Positions 18,627 to 28,092 of a DNA stretch of 64,000 nt are shown one piece after another (position 1 is the first letter of the stretch; each line of letters opens with the position of its first letter). Location: the NCBI GenBank assembly GCA_947478395.1, contig CANJVR010000001.1, positions 288,001 to 352,000 on the forward strand. The letters run 5' to 3'. The position numbers were made by a program, and so were the translations under genes. The notes below the pieces were generated by a model. That model had not been told where the DNA came from. It worked only from the letters and a program-made list of their open reading frames with translations, and searched no databases. Origin of the DNA: Opitutia bacterium. GTDB taxonomy: Bacteria; Verrucomicrobiota; Verrucomicrobiia; Opitutales; Opitutaceae.

Positions 18627-21047
18627 ATGCGCCGTCCGTTCGCCCTGCCCTTCGATATCCGCCGTCCACGGCGGTCCACTGCTTTGTTCGCTTTGCTCAG
18701 CTTGACGGGAGCATCCGGCGCCGCCGCAGCGGAAGCCACGGCGACCGCCACCAAGGTAATCGATCGCTACTGCATGGAGTGCCATGACGCGACGGCCAAA
18801 AAAGGCGGGCTCGTCCTGGAGTCGCTCGATCTCACCTCGTCCGCGACCGACGCAAAAATCCGCGAGCAGGTCCTGCGCAAGCTTGCGCATCGCCAAATGC
18901 CCCCGCTTGGGGAAGCCCGCCCCGACGAGGCCACGTACCACGCTCTCGTGGCGCAAATCGAATCGACGCTCGATCGCGACGCTGCGACTCGCCCGAATCC
19001 GGGACGCACCGATACGTTTCGGCGTCTCACGCGCACGGAGTATCAAAACGCGATCCGCGACCTGCTGGCGCTCGACATCGACGCCACCGTGCTCCTGCCC
19101 AACGACGAACCGAGCCACGGCTTCGACAACGTCACGGTCGGAAATCTGTCGCCCACCCTGCTCGACCGCTACGTTTCCGCCGCGCAGAAAATCGCCCGCC
19201 TCGCCGTCGGCGCGCCGCGCAAGACGCCCGCGGGCGACACGTTTCGTGTCCCACCTGATGTCACGCAGGAAGAACACGTCGAGGGCCTGCCCATCGGCAC
19301 GCGCGGCGGCGCCCAGTTTCCCTACGTTTTCCCGCAGGACGGCAGCTACGAACTGCAGGTGCGCCTTGCGCGCGACCGCAACGAGCAGGTCGAAGGCCTG
19401 AAGAAACCGCACGAAGTCGAAGTGCTCATCGATCGCGAGCGCGTGGGACTCTTCACCGTCAAACCGCCCGGCGCCGACAAGAATGCCGAGGGCGTCGACG
19501 CCCACCTGAAGTTTCGCGTAACGGTGAAAGCAGGGCCACGCGAGGTGGCCGTCACGTTTCCCAAAAATCCCACGGATCTTCTCGAGACGGAGCGCCAGCC
19601 ATTCATTGCGCGCTTCAACATGCACCGGCATCCGCGCACGGCGCCGGCGCTCTATCAGCTTTCGATCACGGGGCCTTTCGATGCCACGGGGCCGGGTGAC
19701 ACGCCGAGCCGCCGTCTGATCTTTGGCGTCGCCGCGAACGGAGGGGCGGTTGCTCAAAATGCGGCCCTCGTCAAAGCGTCGTCGGCCTCTGAAACGGAGG
19801 CTCGCGCCCGCCAGATTCTGACGCCGATCCTGCGTCGCGCTTATCGGCGGCCCGTCACGGACGAAGACCTCCGCAAGCCCATGCAGTTTTTCCACGAAGG
19901 CGAGGCCGAGGGCGCAGGCTTCGACGCCGGCATCGAAAACGCGCTCAGCGCCATCCTGGTGAGCCCGCACTTTCTGATCCGGGTCGAACAGGATCCCGCG
20001 GGCGTCGCTCCGGGCACACCGTATCGCGTGAGCGGCCTCGAACTCGCGTCGCGACTTTCCTTTTTTCTCTGGAGCAGCCTGCCGGACGACGCGTTGATCG
20101 AGGCCGCGGTGCGGGGCGATCTGCAGCAACCGAAACTTTTGGAACAGCAAGTCCGCCGTATGCTGGCCGATGAGCGCGCGCGCAGCTTGGTGACCAACTT
20201 CGCGAGTCAGTGGCTCCAGTTGCGCAAACTCGATTCCATCATTCCCGATCTTCGCCTCTTCCCCAATTTCGACGACAACCTGCGCCAGTCGCTGCGGCAG
20301 GAAACCGAGTTTTTCATCGAAAATATCATGCGCGAGGATCGCAGCATCACCGAGCTGCTGAGCGCCGACTATACGTTCGTCAACGAGCGCCTCGCGAAAC
20401 ACTACGGCATTCCGAATATCTACGGCAGTCGCTTCCGCCGCGTTTCGTTCGCGGACGACCCCAAGCGCGAGCGCGGCGGCCTGCTGCGGCAGGGCAGCGT
20501 TCTCACTGTCACCTCGTACGCCACGCGCACCTCGCCGGTGATTCGCGGTCACTGGATTCTCTCGACGCTCGCTGGCGAACCGCCGCCGCCCCCGCCGCCC
20601 AACGTGCCCGCGCTCGACGACAACACTGTCTCGGCGTCGCTGCCGATGCGCGCACGCCTCGCGGCTCACCGGGCAAATCCCACGTGCGCGAGTTGTCACG
20701 ACGTCATGGATCCCGTCGGTTTTGCCTTGGAAAATTTCGACGCCGTCGGCCGCTGGCGCACCGCGGAAGACCACAAACCCGTCGACGCCTCGGGCGGCCT
20801 GCCCGACGGCAGCACGTTCACCGGCGTGGCGGCTCTAGAGCGCGGATTACTCCAACGGCCGGAACTGTTTGCCGGCACGCTCAGCGAAAAACTGCTCACC
20901 TTCGCGCTTGGTCGCGGCGTCGAATCGTACGACGCGCCAGCCGTCCGCGAAATTGTACGGCGCGCCCAGCCCGACAACTATCGCTTCTCCTCGATGATTC
21001 TCGGCGTCGTCAACAGCACTCCGTTTCAAATGAGGAAAGCGCCATGA
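18627..21047 (+). CDS. DUF1592-domain (PSD/PSCyt) cytochrome c-like protein
   Basis: CMECH and CASCH heme motifs; RRLTRTEY-x-NAIRDLL, GFDN, ELASRLSFFLW, RTSPV-x-RG. Confidence 0.9.
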   Translation: MRRPFALPFDIRRPRRSTALFALLSLTGASGAAAAEATATATKVIDRYCMECHDATAKKGGLVLESLDLTSSATDAKIREQVLRKLAHRQMPPLGEARPDEATYHALVAQIESTLDRDAATRPNPGRTDTFRRLTRTEYQNAIRDLLALDIDATVLLPNDEPSHGFDNVTVGNLSPTLLDRYVSAAQKIARLAVGAPRKTPAGDTFRVPPDVTQEEHVEGLPIGTRGGAQFPYVFPQDGSYELQVRLARDRNEQVEGLKKPHEVEVLIDRERVGLFTVKPPGADKNAEGVDAHLKFRVTVKAGPREVAVTFPKNPTDLLETERQPFIARFNMHRHPRTAPALYQLSITGPFDATGPGDTPSRRLIFGVAANGGAVAQNAALVKASSASETEARARQILTPILRRAYRRPVTDEDLRKPMQFFHEGEAEGAGFDAGIENALSAILVSPHFLIRVEQDPAGVAPGTPYRVSGLELASRLSFFLWSSLPDDALIEAAVRGDLQQPKLLEQQVRRMLADERARSLVTNFASQWLQLRKLDSIIPDLRLFPNFDDNLRQSLRQETEFFIENIMREDRSITELLSADYTFVNERLAKHYGIPNIYGSRFRRVSFADDPKRERGGLLRQGSVLTVTSYATRTSPVIRGHWILSTLAGEPPPPPPPNVPALDDNTVSASLPMRARLAAHRANPTCASCHDVMDPVGFALENFDAVGRWRTAEDHKPVDASGGLPDGSTFTGVAALERGLLQRPELFAGTLSEKLLTFALGRGVESYDAPAVREIVRRAQPDNYRFSSMILGVVNSTPFQMRKAP

Positions 21048-21058
21048 CGGACCAGGCA

Positions 21059-21175
21059 TTGGCCACACCAAGGCACAAAAATTGTCGAGTGAGATTGGGC
21101 GTCTCCATTGCGCTTATAGGCGCGCGGGCGAGCCGGTCTAAACCCAACCGACCCTTTGTGGCTTTTCGCGGCCAA
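21059..21175. repeat. Imperfect 21-bp inverted repeats bounding a junction insert
   Basis: ttggccacaccaaggcacaaa (21059-21079) vs revcomp of 21155-21175 ttggccgcgaaaagccacaaa, 16/21 identical. Confidence 0.6.
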
Positions 21176-21247
21176 GCCGTCTGAAAAATTTCGTCGGCCA
21201 CCCTATTTCCTGAAAAAATTTCACGGCTGTTTCCCCTCTACCATCAT

Positions 21248-22612
21248 ATGAGCACCTTCCTCACCCAAAAGGCCCTGCCCCGCCGGACGTTTCTCCGCGG
21301 CATGGGCGCATCGCTCGCCCTTCCGCTCCTCGACGCCATGGTCCCGGTCGCGAGCGCGGCCGCGGCCAGCAAAGCCGCCGCCCTGCCCGTGCGGCGCCTC
21401 AGCTACGTTTTCATGCCAATGGGCTGCGACCAGTCACGTTGGGTGCCGCCGGGTACCGACGGCACGCTCGGCGAACTTTCGCCGATCCTCAGCTCGCTCG
21501 CCTCGGTGAAAGAGCACGTGAACGTCTTCACGAATCTCGAACTGCGTAATGCGTACCCCGGTTCCCACGCCACCTCGAATTGCTCCTTCCTCAGCGCGGC
21601 GAAGGCAAAACACACCGAGAGCTCCGATTACTATTTAGGGACGACCGCCGACCAGCTCGCCGCGCAACAAATCGGGCGCGAGACGCAGCTGCCCTCGCTC
21701 GAGCTGTCGATGGACATGCTTCAAACCACCGGCCAGTGCGACAACGGCTACGCGTGCGTTTACCAAAATAACCTCTCGTGGTCCTCACCGACCACACCGC
21801 TTCCGTCGGAGGCGCACCCGCGAATCGTCTTCGAACGCCTGTTCGGCGAGGGCGGCAGTCTCGCGGAGCGTCGCGCTGCGCTGCGCAAGCGCGCGAGCTT
21901 GCTGGACTGGATGATTGAGGACATCGCGACGTTGAAGACCAATCTCGGGGCCACCGATCGCGCCCGTGTCAACGAGTACCTCGACACCGTACGCGAAGTG
22001 GAGCGACGCATTCAAAAAGCAGAGTCAGAGGTCGCGACGAGTGCCTTACCCGTCGATCTCGAACGCCCCCTCGGCGTTCCGGCCGCCTACGCCGATCACG
22101 CGAAGCTGATGTTCGATCTCCAGGTGCTGGCGATGCAGGGTGACATCACCCGGGTGTGTTCCTTCCAGCTCGCGCGCGAAACCAGCAACCGCACCTATTT
22201 CGCGGAGACGGGCGTGGCGGATCCTCACCATCCATTGACTCACCACGGCAACGATCCGGAGAAAGTTGCCCGCATGGCGAAGATCAACGCGTTTCACGTG
22301 TCGCTGTTCGCTTACTATCTGGAACGCCTCAAGGCCACGCCCGATGGCAACGGCTCGCTGCTCGATCATTCGCTGCTGCTCTACGGCAGCGGCATCGGCA
22401 ATCCCAACATCCACGATCACACGAATCTGCCTGTCCTCGTCGCCGGCGGTGCCGCAGGCGGCATGAAAGGCGGACGCCACATCCGCTACAGCGAGCCCAC
22501 GCCGCTGGCCAACCTGCATCTCACGCTGCTCGACAAAGTTGGCGTGCACATCGACTCGTTCGCGGACAGTAGCGGGAAGATCGGAAATCTTTTCGCCCCC
22601 GTTGCCCTATGA
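21248..22612 (+). CDS. DUF1552-domain protein
   Basis: LPRRTFLRG Tat-like signal, CDNGYACVY, HHPLTHH, NIHDHTNLP. Confidence 0.9.
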   Translation: MSTFLTQKALPRRTFLRGMGASLALPLLDAMVPVASAAAASKAAALPVRRLSYVFMPMGCDQSRWVPPGTDGTLGELSPILSSLASVKEHVNVFTNLELRNAYPGSHATSNCSFLSAAKAKHTESSDYYLGTTADQLAAQQIGRETQLPSLELSMDMLQTTGQCDNGYACVYQNNLSWSSPTTPLPSEAHPRIVFERLFGEGGSLAERRAALRKRASLLDWMIEDIATLKTNLGATDRARVNEYLDTVREVERRIQKAESEVATSALPVDLERPLGVPAAYADHAKLMFDLQVLAMQGDITRVCSFQLARETSNRTYFAETGVADPHHPLTHHGNDPEKVARMAKINAFHVSLFAYYLERLKATPDGNGSLLDHSLLLYGSGIGNPNIHDHTNLPVLVAGGAAGGMKGGRHIRYSEPTPLANLHLTLLDKVGVHIDSFADSSGKIGNLFAPVAL

Positions 22613-22701
22613 GCGAGCCCCTTTTCCCCCGTGCGGGGATACCGAGCACGCATAACCGTGGGTTCACCGGTGCAAGCGGCGCGCTCGCGCCGAGGGTCAA
22701 A

Positions 22702-24189
22702 ATGACCAACCCCAAAACGCGCGCCACACCCCTGCTCGCCCTCGCGCTGCTGGCCATGGCTGCGCCCGTTTTGACGGCCGCACCGGCGCCGCTCGCCGAC
22801 GCCGTGGAGAAGAAAGACCTCGTCACCCTCCGCGCGATCATCCGCGACACGAACGTCAACGCGCCCCAAGTCGACGGCACGACGGCGTTGCACTGGGCCG
22901 CCTACAACGACGACGTCGCCACCGCGAAACTGCTGCTCACTGCCGGCGCAAATTCGAAAGCGGAAAACCGCTACGGCGTGACACCGCTCTCGCTCGCCTG
23001 CACGAACGGCGACACCGCCCTCGTCGAGCTATTGCTCGCGGCCGGCGCCAACCCCAACGCCGCGCTTCCCGGCGGAGAAACTCCGCTCATGACGGCTGCG
23101 CGCACCGGCAAAATCGGACCCGTGAAAGCCCTGCTGGCGAAAGGCGTCGACGTAAACGCCAAGGTGGCCAGCGGCCAGACCGCTCTCATGTGGGCTACCG
23201 CAGACGGACACACTGCGGTGGTTGAAGCGTTGCTCGCCGCCGGCGCCGAGTTCCGCGCCGCGTTGCCCACCGGCTTTACGCCCATGCTATTTGCGGTGCG
23301 CGGCGGCCAGACCGAAATCGTACGCGCGTTGCTCAAGGCGGGCGTGGACGTAAACGAAATCGTACAACCGGCCCGGCCCGTCGCGAAGTTTCTGCGCAAG
23401 GGAGCGGGCGCGTTGACCACGGCGATCGAGAACGGCCACTTTGAACTCGCCGCGCTCTTGCTCGATCTCGGCGCCAATCCGAACGACATGCGTTCAGGTT
23501 ATACCGCGCTGCATGTGCTCGCGTGGATTCGCAAACCCGATCGCGGCGAAGACGAAGGCGATCCGATTCCCGAAGGCTCCGGCAATCTCACGAGCGAACA
23601 ACTGATCCGAAAACTTGTAGCCAAAGGCGCCGACATCAACGCGCAGCTCACGGGCGGCCCGTCCGGCGGGGGACGCATCAATCGCAAAGGCTGCACGCCA
23701 CTCATGATGGCCGCCGACACGGCGGACACGGCGTTCATCCGCCTGCTCGTCGAGCTGGGCGCGGATCCCACAATCCCGAACGTCGATGGTCTGACCCCGT
23801 TAATGGCTGCGGCTGGTCTCGGCACGCGCTCGGTTGAAGAAGAAGCGGGCACCGACGAAGAAGCGGTGGAGGCGGTCACCTACTTGCTCAGCATCGGCGC
23901 CAATATCGACGCCGTCGCGGAGACGGGCGACACGGCGATGCACGGCGCGGCCTTTGCGAATTTCCCGAAGGTCGTGAAGTTACTCGCAGCCAAAGGCGCG
24001 AAGATCGAAATCTGGAATCAACCCAACAAGCGCGGCTGGACTCCGCTGCTGATCGCCGAAGGCCATCGCTTCGGTAATTTCAAACCCTCGTTCGAGACGA
24101 TTGCCGCGATCAAGGAAGTCATGATCGCCGCCGGCGTCACGCCGCCTCCCCCTGCTCCGCCCGTGCCGGCGAAGGGATACGGGAACTAG
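22702..24189 (+). CDS. Secreted ankyrin-repeat protein
   Basis: Signal peptide followed by multiple GxT(A/P)LxxA ankyrin repeats; in-frame upstream ATG at 22609 is an alternative start. Confidence 0.9.
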   Translation: MTNPKTRATPLLALALLAMAAPVLTAAPAPLADAVEKKDLVTLRAIIRDTNVNAPQVDGTTALHWAAYNDDVATAKLLLTAGANSKAENRYGVTPLSLACTNGDTALVELLLAAGANPNAALPGGETPLMTAARTGKIGPVKALLAKGVDVNAKVASGQTALMWATADGHTAVVEALLAAGAEFRAALPTGFTPMLFAVRGGQTEIVRALLKAGVDVNEIVQPARPVAKFLRKGAGALTTAIENGHFELAALLLDLGANPNDMRSGYTALHVLAWIRKPDRGEDEGDPIPEGSGNLTSEQLIRKLVAKGADINAQLTGGPSGGGRINRKGCTPLMMAADTADTAFIRLLVELGADPTIPNVDGLTPLMAAAGLGTRSVEEEAGTDEEAVEAVTYLLSIGANIDAVAETGDTAMHGAAFANFPKVVKLLAAKGAKIEIWNQPNKRGWTPLLIAEGHRFGNFKPSFETIAAIKEVMIAAGVTPPPPAPPVPAKGYGN

Positions 24190-24204
24190 AGGCGGCGTCC
24201 GAAA

Positions 24205-24375
24205 GTAGTGGCGGGATATCCTTAGCCCGCCACTCCAACTCCGCACAGAGGTGGGGCAACGTCTAACCGGCGCGTTGAGAATAACGCGCCCTGGCTTTTC
24301 GTCGACCTCACCCGCCTCGACGGCGCCGCGGGGTAAGGGCACCCCACCCACGTTGGGAGGAGCCCATGCTCCCCG
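24205..24375. repeat. Cluster of degenerate REP-like palindromes
   Basis: GTAG-tggcggg...cccgccact (24205-24234), ggcgcgtt-N6-aacgcgcc (24269-24290), ggggt...acccc. Confidence 0.55.
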
Positions 24376-24562
24376 CGGCCAAAAAAGTCCGGCGCGGATC
24401 AGATCGCCGAGCGGCGTCCATTTCCATTCATCCAAGAAGTCCGCCGCGGCCGATTCAAATTGGAACGCATCCCAGGCAAAAAGATGCGCACCAAAACCGC
24501 CTAAAAAAATTAATCTTCGGGCTTTCCTTTGAGCGCGGCATAAGGAGTCTTCCGGGACCCCT

Positions 24563-25954
24563 ATGAATCACGACTGGATGCTTATTGCCCTAGCGATCGG
24601 TGCCATCGGCGTTCTCGTTCTGCTGGTCACACAGCTGAAAGTGAATGCCTTCATCTCCCTCGTCATTGCTTCACTGATCGTGGGCGGCGGGGCCGTCCTG
24701 CTCGACCAACAGATCAAGGACGCCGCCGGTAAACTTAGCCCCTACACGATGCTCGGCGTCGCGAAGTCTATCCAAGACGGACTTGGCGCCACGCTCGGCG
24801 GCATCGCCGCGGTCCTCGGCTTGGGCACAATGCTCGGCAAACTCCTCGCCGAATCCGGCGGCGCCGAGGTTCTCGCGAAACGCTTCGCCCAGATTTTCGG
24901 ACCGAAACACATTCAGTGGTGCATCATCTGCCTCGCGCTGGCGGTCGGATTGACGACGTGGTTCGCCGTCGGCCTCGTGCTGCTACTTCCCATTTTGCTC
25001 ACCCTCACCCGTGAAACGAAACAGCCGTTCCTCCTGCTCGCGATCCCGTTGCTCTCCTGTCTTTCGGTGATGCACGGTCTGATGCCGCCCCACCCCGGCC
25101 CCGTCGTCGCCGTCGATGCCCTCAAGGCCAACATGGGTCTCGTTCTATTCTGGGGATTCATCGTCGGCTTTCCCACCGCCATGATCGCCGGCCCAATCTT
25201 CGCTAAGCTCGCCATGAAACACGTGCAAGCCACTCCGCCCCCCTTGCCTTTGGTGGATCGGACGGATCCCGCGCTGCGGCTCCCCGGGTTCGGCATCACG
25301 CTTTTCTCGATCGTCCTGCCCGTGCTCCTGATGCTGCTCTCGACCGCAGCCGAACTCACCTTGCCGGCCGCGAACAGCGCGCGCCAGATCGCCACCTTCA
25401 TCGGCAATCCCACGATCGCGCTGCTGACGTCGGTGCTATTCGCCCTCTGGTCGCTCGGCTCGAACTGCGGTTACTCCAACGCGAAACTGCTTAAATTTAC
25501 CGAGACCAGCGTCGCGACCGTCGGTATGACGATCCTGATCGTGGGCGGCGGCGGCGGTTTTGCCCGCGTCCTGCGCGACAGCGGCGTCGCTGACTCGATC
25601 GGCCACATGGGCGATAAGATGTCACTCTCACCTCTTATTTACGGCTGGTTGATTTCGGCTTTCATTCGCGTGGCGACCGGATCGGCGACCGTCGCAATCA
25701 CCACCGCGTCGGGACTGCTCGTGCCCGTCCTCGCGCTGCATCCCGAACTCGATCAGACCCACGTCGCGCTGATCATTGTCGCGGTGGGCTGCGGATCGCT
25801 GTTCCTATCCCATTTGAACGACTCCGGATTCTGGATCGTGAAGGAGTGCCTCGGTCTGACGGTCCCACAGACGTTCAAGACCTGGACCGTCTGCGAAACC
25901 ATCGTCGGTCTCGTCGGCGCGGCGATCGCGTTCATTCTGTTTAACGTGATCTAA
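24563..25954 (+). CDS. GntP family sugar-acid:H+ symporter
   Basis: LGKLLAESGGA, HGLMPPHPGP, IRVATGSATVA, SHLNDSGFW. Confidence 0.93.
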   Translation: MNHDWMLIALAIGAIGVLVLLVTQLKVNAFISLVIASLIVGGGAVLLDQQIKDAAGKLSPYTMLGVAKSIQDGLGATLGGIAAVLGLGTMLGKLLAESGGAEVLAKRFAQIFGPKHIQWCIICLALAVGLTTWFAVGLVLLLPILLTLTRETKQPFLLLAIPLLSCLSVMHGLMPPHPGPVVAVDALKANMGLVLFWGFIVGFPTAMIAGPIFAKLAMKHVQATPPPLPLVDRTDPALRLPGFGITLFSIVLPVLLMLLSTAAELTLPAANSARQIATFIGNPTIALLTSVLFALWSLGSNCGYSNAKLLKFTETSVATVGMTILIVGGGGGFARVLRDSGVADSIGHMGDKMSLSPLIYGWLISAFIRVATGSATVAITTASGLLVPVLALHPELDQTHVALIIVAVGCGSLFLSHLNDSGFWIVKECLGLTVPQTFKTWTVCETIVGLVGAAIAFILFNVI

Positions 25955-26191
25955 AAAGCTCGGACGGTGGGTTTCGGCCTCCCGGTCAAGCACGCCCCGG
26001 GGCGAACTTGGAGTCGCCGGTCCGCCCCGTGGTCCCGGACCAGATCACTGCACCGCATAACGCCGTCAAACGAGTCCACCCGGACGTTTCACGGCGGCGG
26101 TTGGGCTTCAGCCCGCGGCGAGCCTGCCACGAAAGCGGTCCCGCCATGGCGGGACACGCCCTAACTCGAAGATCTCAGCTTTTCAAACCGC

Positions 26192-26452
26192 TCAATGATG
26201 GTGGTCGTGATCATGGTGATCATGATCGTGGTGATCATTGTGTCGGCGTGACTGCTTCACCGGCCGGGGCTCCGGACGCTCGACGGTCGCCGCACGCACG
26301 AAAGGATCGGGGCCGATCACAATGCAGCGGCGAATTGCCACACCGGTTTTCGGATGCTTGGTCAGCGGCGCGTCTTTGATCGACTGGAGAATTTCAAAAC
26401 GCTGCACAGTTTTCCCCGGACGAGGCAGGGTTTCATAGACGTAGGTAACCAT
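26192..26452 (-). CDS. FmdB-like zinc-ribbon protein lacking the CxxC cysteines, with His/Asp-rich tail
   Basis: MVTYVYE...RFEILQSIKDAPLTKHPKTG...IRR; C-terminus HNDHHDHDHHDHDHHH. Confidence 0.75.
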   Translation of the reverse strand: MVTYVYETLPRPGKTVQRFEILQSIKDAPLTKHPKTGVAIRRCIVIGPDPFVRAATVERPEPRPVKQSRRHNDHHDHDHHDHDHHH

Positions 26453-26594
26453 AATTGACGAGCGAGACGCCCAACCTAGAAAAAAGTTAGGTGAGGAAAC
26501 GTACAAGTTCATTTCCCGGTTCTTGCAACACGGCGGGACGGCCGAGGCCAAAAACTATGGCCGCGCGAACACCGCCTGACTCGGCGCGATTTTT

Positions 26595-27839
26595 CTACAA
26601 ACCCGCTGACGCCGTCTCGACTGACACCCGGACTGTGGTCGACGCGCCCCAAGCAATCGTGCCCGTGGATTCGCGCGACGCGATGGGCGCATTCCACAAA
26701 CATTCCCGCGCCGTCAGCTTTCCCGTCGCGCCATCAAATACGACGACTTGATACGAGAGCTTATCTTCAGCCGGGCCGGAGAACTTGCCCTTCATCGGCG
26801 AATCCGCGCGGAACACCGGCAACGCGAGGTCTCCCTCCGGCCCTTTCCAGGTATAGAATTCGTTCCAGTTGGAATGGCCGTGGAAGTAGGCAACGATGTT
26901 GCGGTGGGCCTTCAGAAACGCGGCCAACGCCCGGTGTTCGATCGTGGGCGTGACGTCAGTCGTCGTGCCGTCGGCCAAGATATCCCCGACCACGTTTTCA
27001 AATTTATCGTTGCTCGTAATCGCGTGGGTGCCGTTCGGGTTAGTGAGGTGCTTGGCCTCGATCTCCGGCGGATCGTGGGCGAAAATGAAAACCGGCGTGG
27101 TCGCAGGGACCTTCGCGAGGTCCGCCTGCATCCAGGCGCGGGCGGCGCTGTCCGGCCAGATCGTGAGAAAAATAAAGTGCGCGCCGCCAAAATCGCGCGC
27201 GTAGAAAATTTTGTCGGTCGAGTAGCTGTAGCTGTCTTTCGTGCGCGGGGTCGCCGGGCGCATCATCCGATTGTAGATCTCGGCGAGCGAGGTCGCATCG
27301 GTCGCCGGCACCAGTTTGCTCGGGGAACCGATCGCGTTGGAAACGTCGTGGTTGCCCGGCACAAGCAGGAGCGGCGTCAGAGCGTCTTGGGCGTTCTTCA
27401 GCTTTAGGCCGTCGTAATATCCGGTCGCGAATTGCGCCCACGACGCCGTCGCGCTCTGAATTTGAACGGGATAAAGCTCCTGACGGTTCGCGAGGTCGCC
27501 GGTGATAACGACAAAATCGATCGGACCGACCGCCGCGCCCGCCTTCAATCCTCCGTCCGCCGGCAGCCGCACAGCGGGGAGCGCGTTCATCGTCTGAACC
27601 ATCGCCGCATTGACGACGCGGGACTCAACATTGGTCTCGCCCCGAAAATTGCCGCGCGTGATTCCGAAGTGAACATCCGAGGTGAAGATGAATGTCACCG
27701 GCTGAACCGGGTCCGCCGCGAAAACCATCGACTGGGTCGCGATGACGAGAACCGCCAGGAAGCCGCTGAAAAAAACGCGGGGGCTCCCAGCTTGACGATG
27801 GGCGCATGATAAACCGGGACGACGGATATCGATATTCAC
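26595..27839 (-). CDS. Secreted calcineurin-like metallophosphoesterase
   Basis: SDVHFG, TGDL, PGNHD, FAH, FHGHSN; start position uncertain. Confidence 0.9.
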   Translation of the reverse strand: MNIDIRRPGLSCAHRQAGSPRVFFSGFLAVLVIATQSMVFAADPVQPVTFIFTSDVHFGITRGNFRGETNVESRVVNAAMVQTMNALPAVRLPADGGLKAGAAVGPIDFVVITGDLANRQELYPVQIQSATASWAQFATGYYDGLKLKNAQDALTPLLLVPGNHDVSNAIGSPSKLVPATDATSLAEIYNRMMRPATPRTKDSYSYSTDKIFYARDFGGAHFIFLTIWPDSAARAWMQADLAKVPATTPVFIFAHDPPEIEAKHLTNPNGTHAITSNDKFENVVGDILADGTTTDVTPTIEHRALAAFLKAHRNIVAYFHGHSNWNEFYTWKGPEGDLALPVFRADSPMKGKFSGPAEDKLSYQVVVFDGATGKLTARECLWNAPIASRESTGTIAWGASTTVRVSVETASAGL

Positions 27840-28092
27840 AAAAAAATCATCGACTTCCCGGGCCGCGGGACAAGCCCGGCGGTATTACGATCCGGTTAAG
27901 ATAACAGCCTGGAGCCCTGCCACTGCATTGTTTGCTAAGCCGCTGAAGACACCTAGGCGTGGGTTGATCGATGGAGGCGGCATGCTCTCACCCCGCTTGG
28001 GAGCGCGTTCGGTCCGGGTCTCAGAATGACAAGGGCGTGGAAACCGAGTTTAAAAACGTTTCCAGCCCAACGGCAGTCGACCCCAACGAAAT

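Noticed and set aside
18549..20774. 741-aa antisense ORF, and similar ones at 39619-41751, 36848-38374, 42136-43500 and 62221-63513
   Set aside because: Shadow frames of well-supported genes in high-GC DNA, with no recognisable motifs
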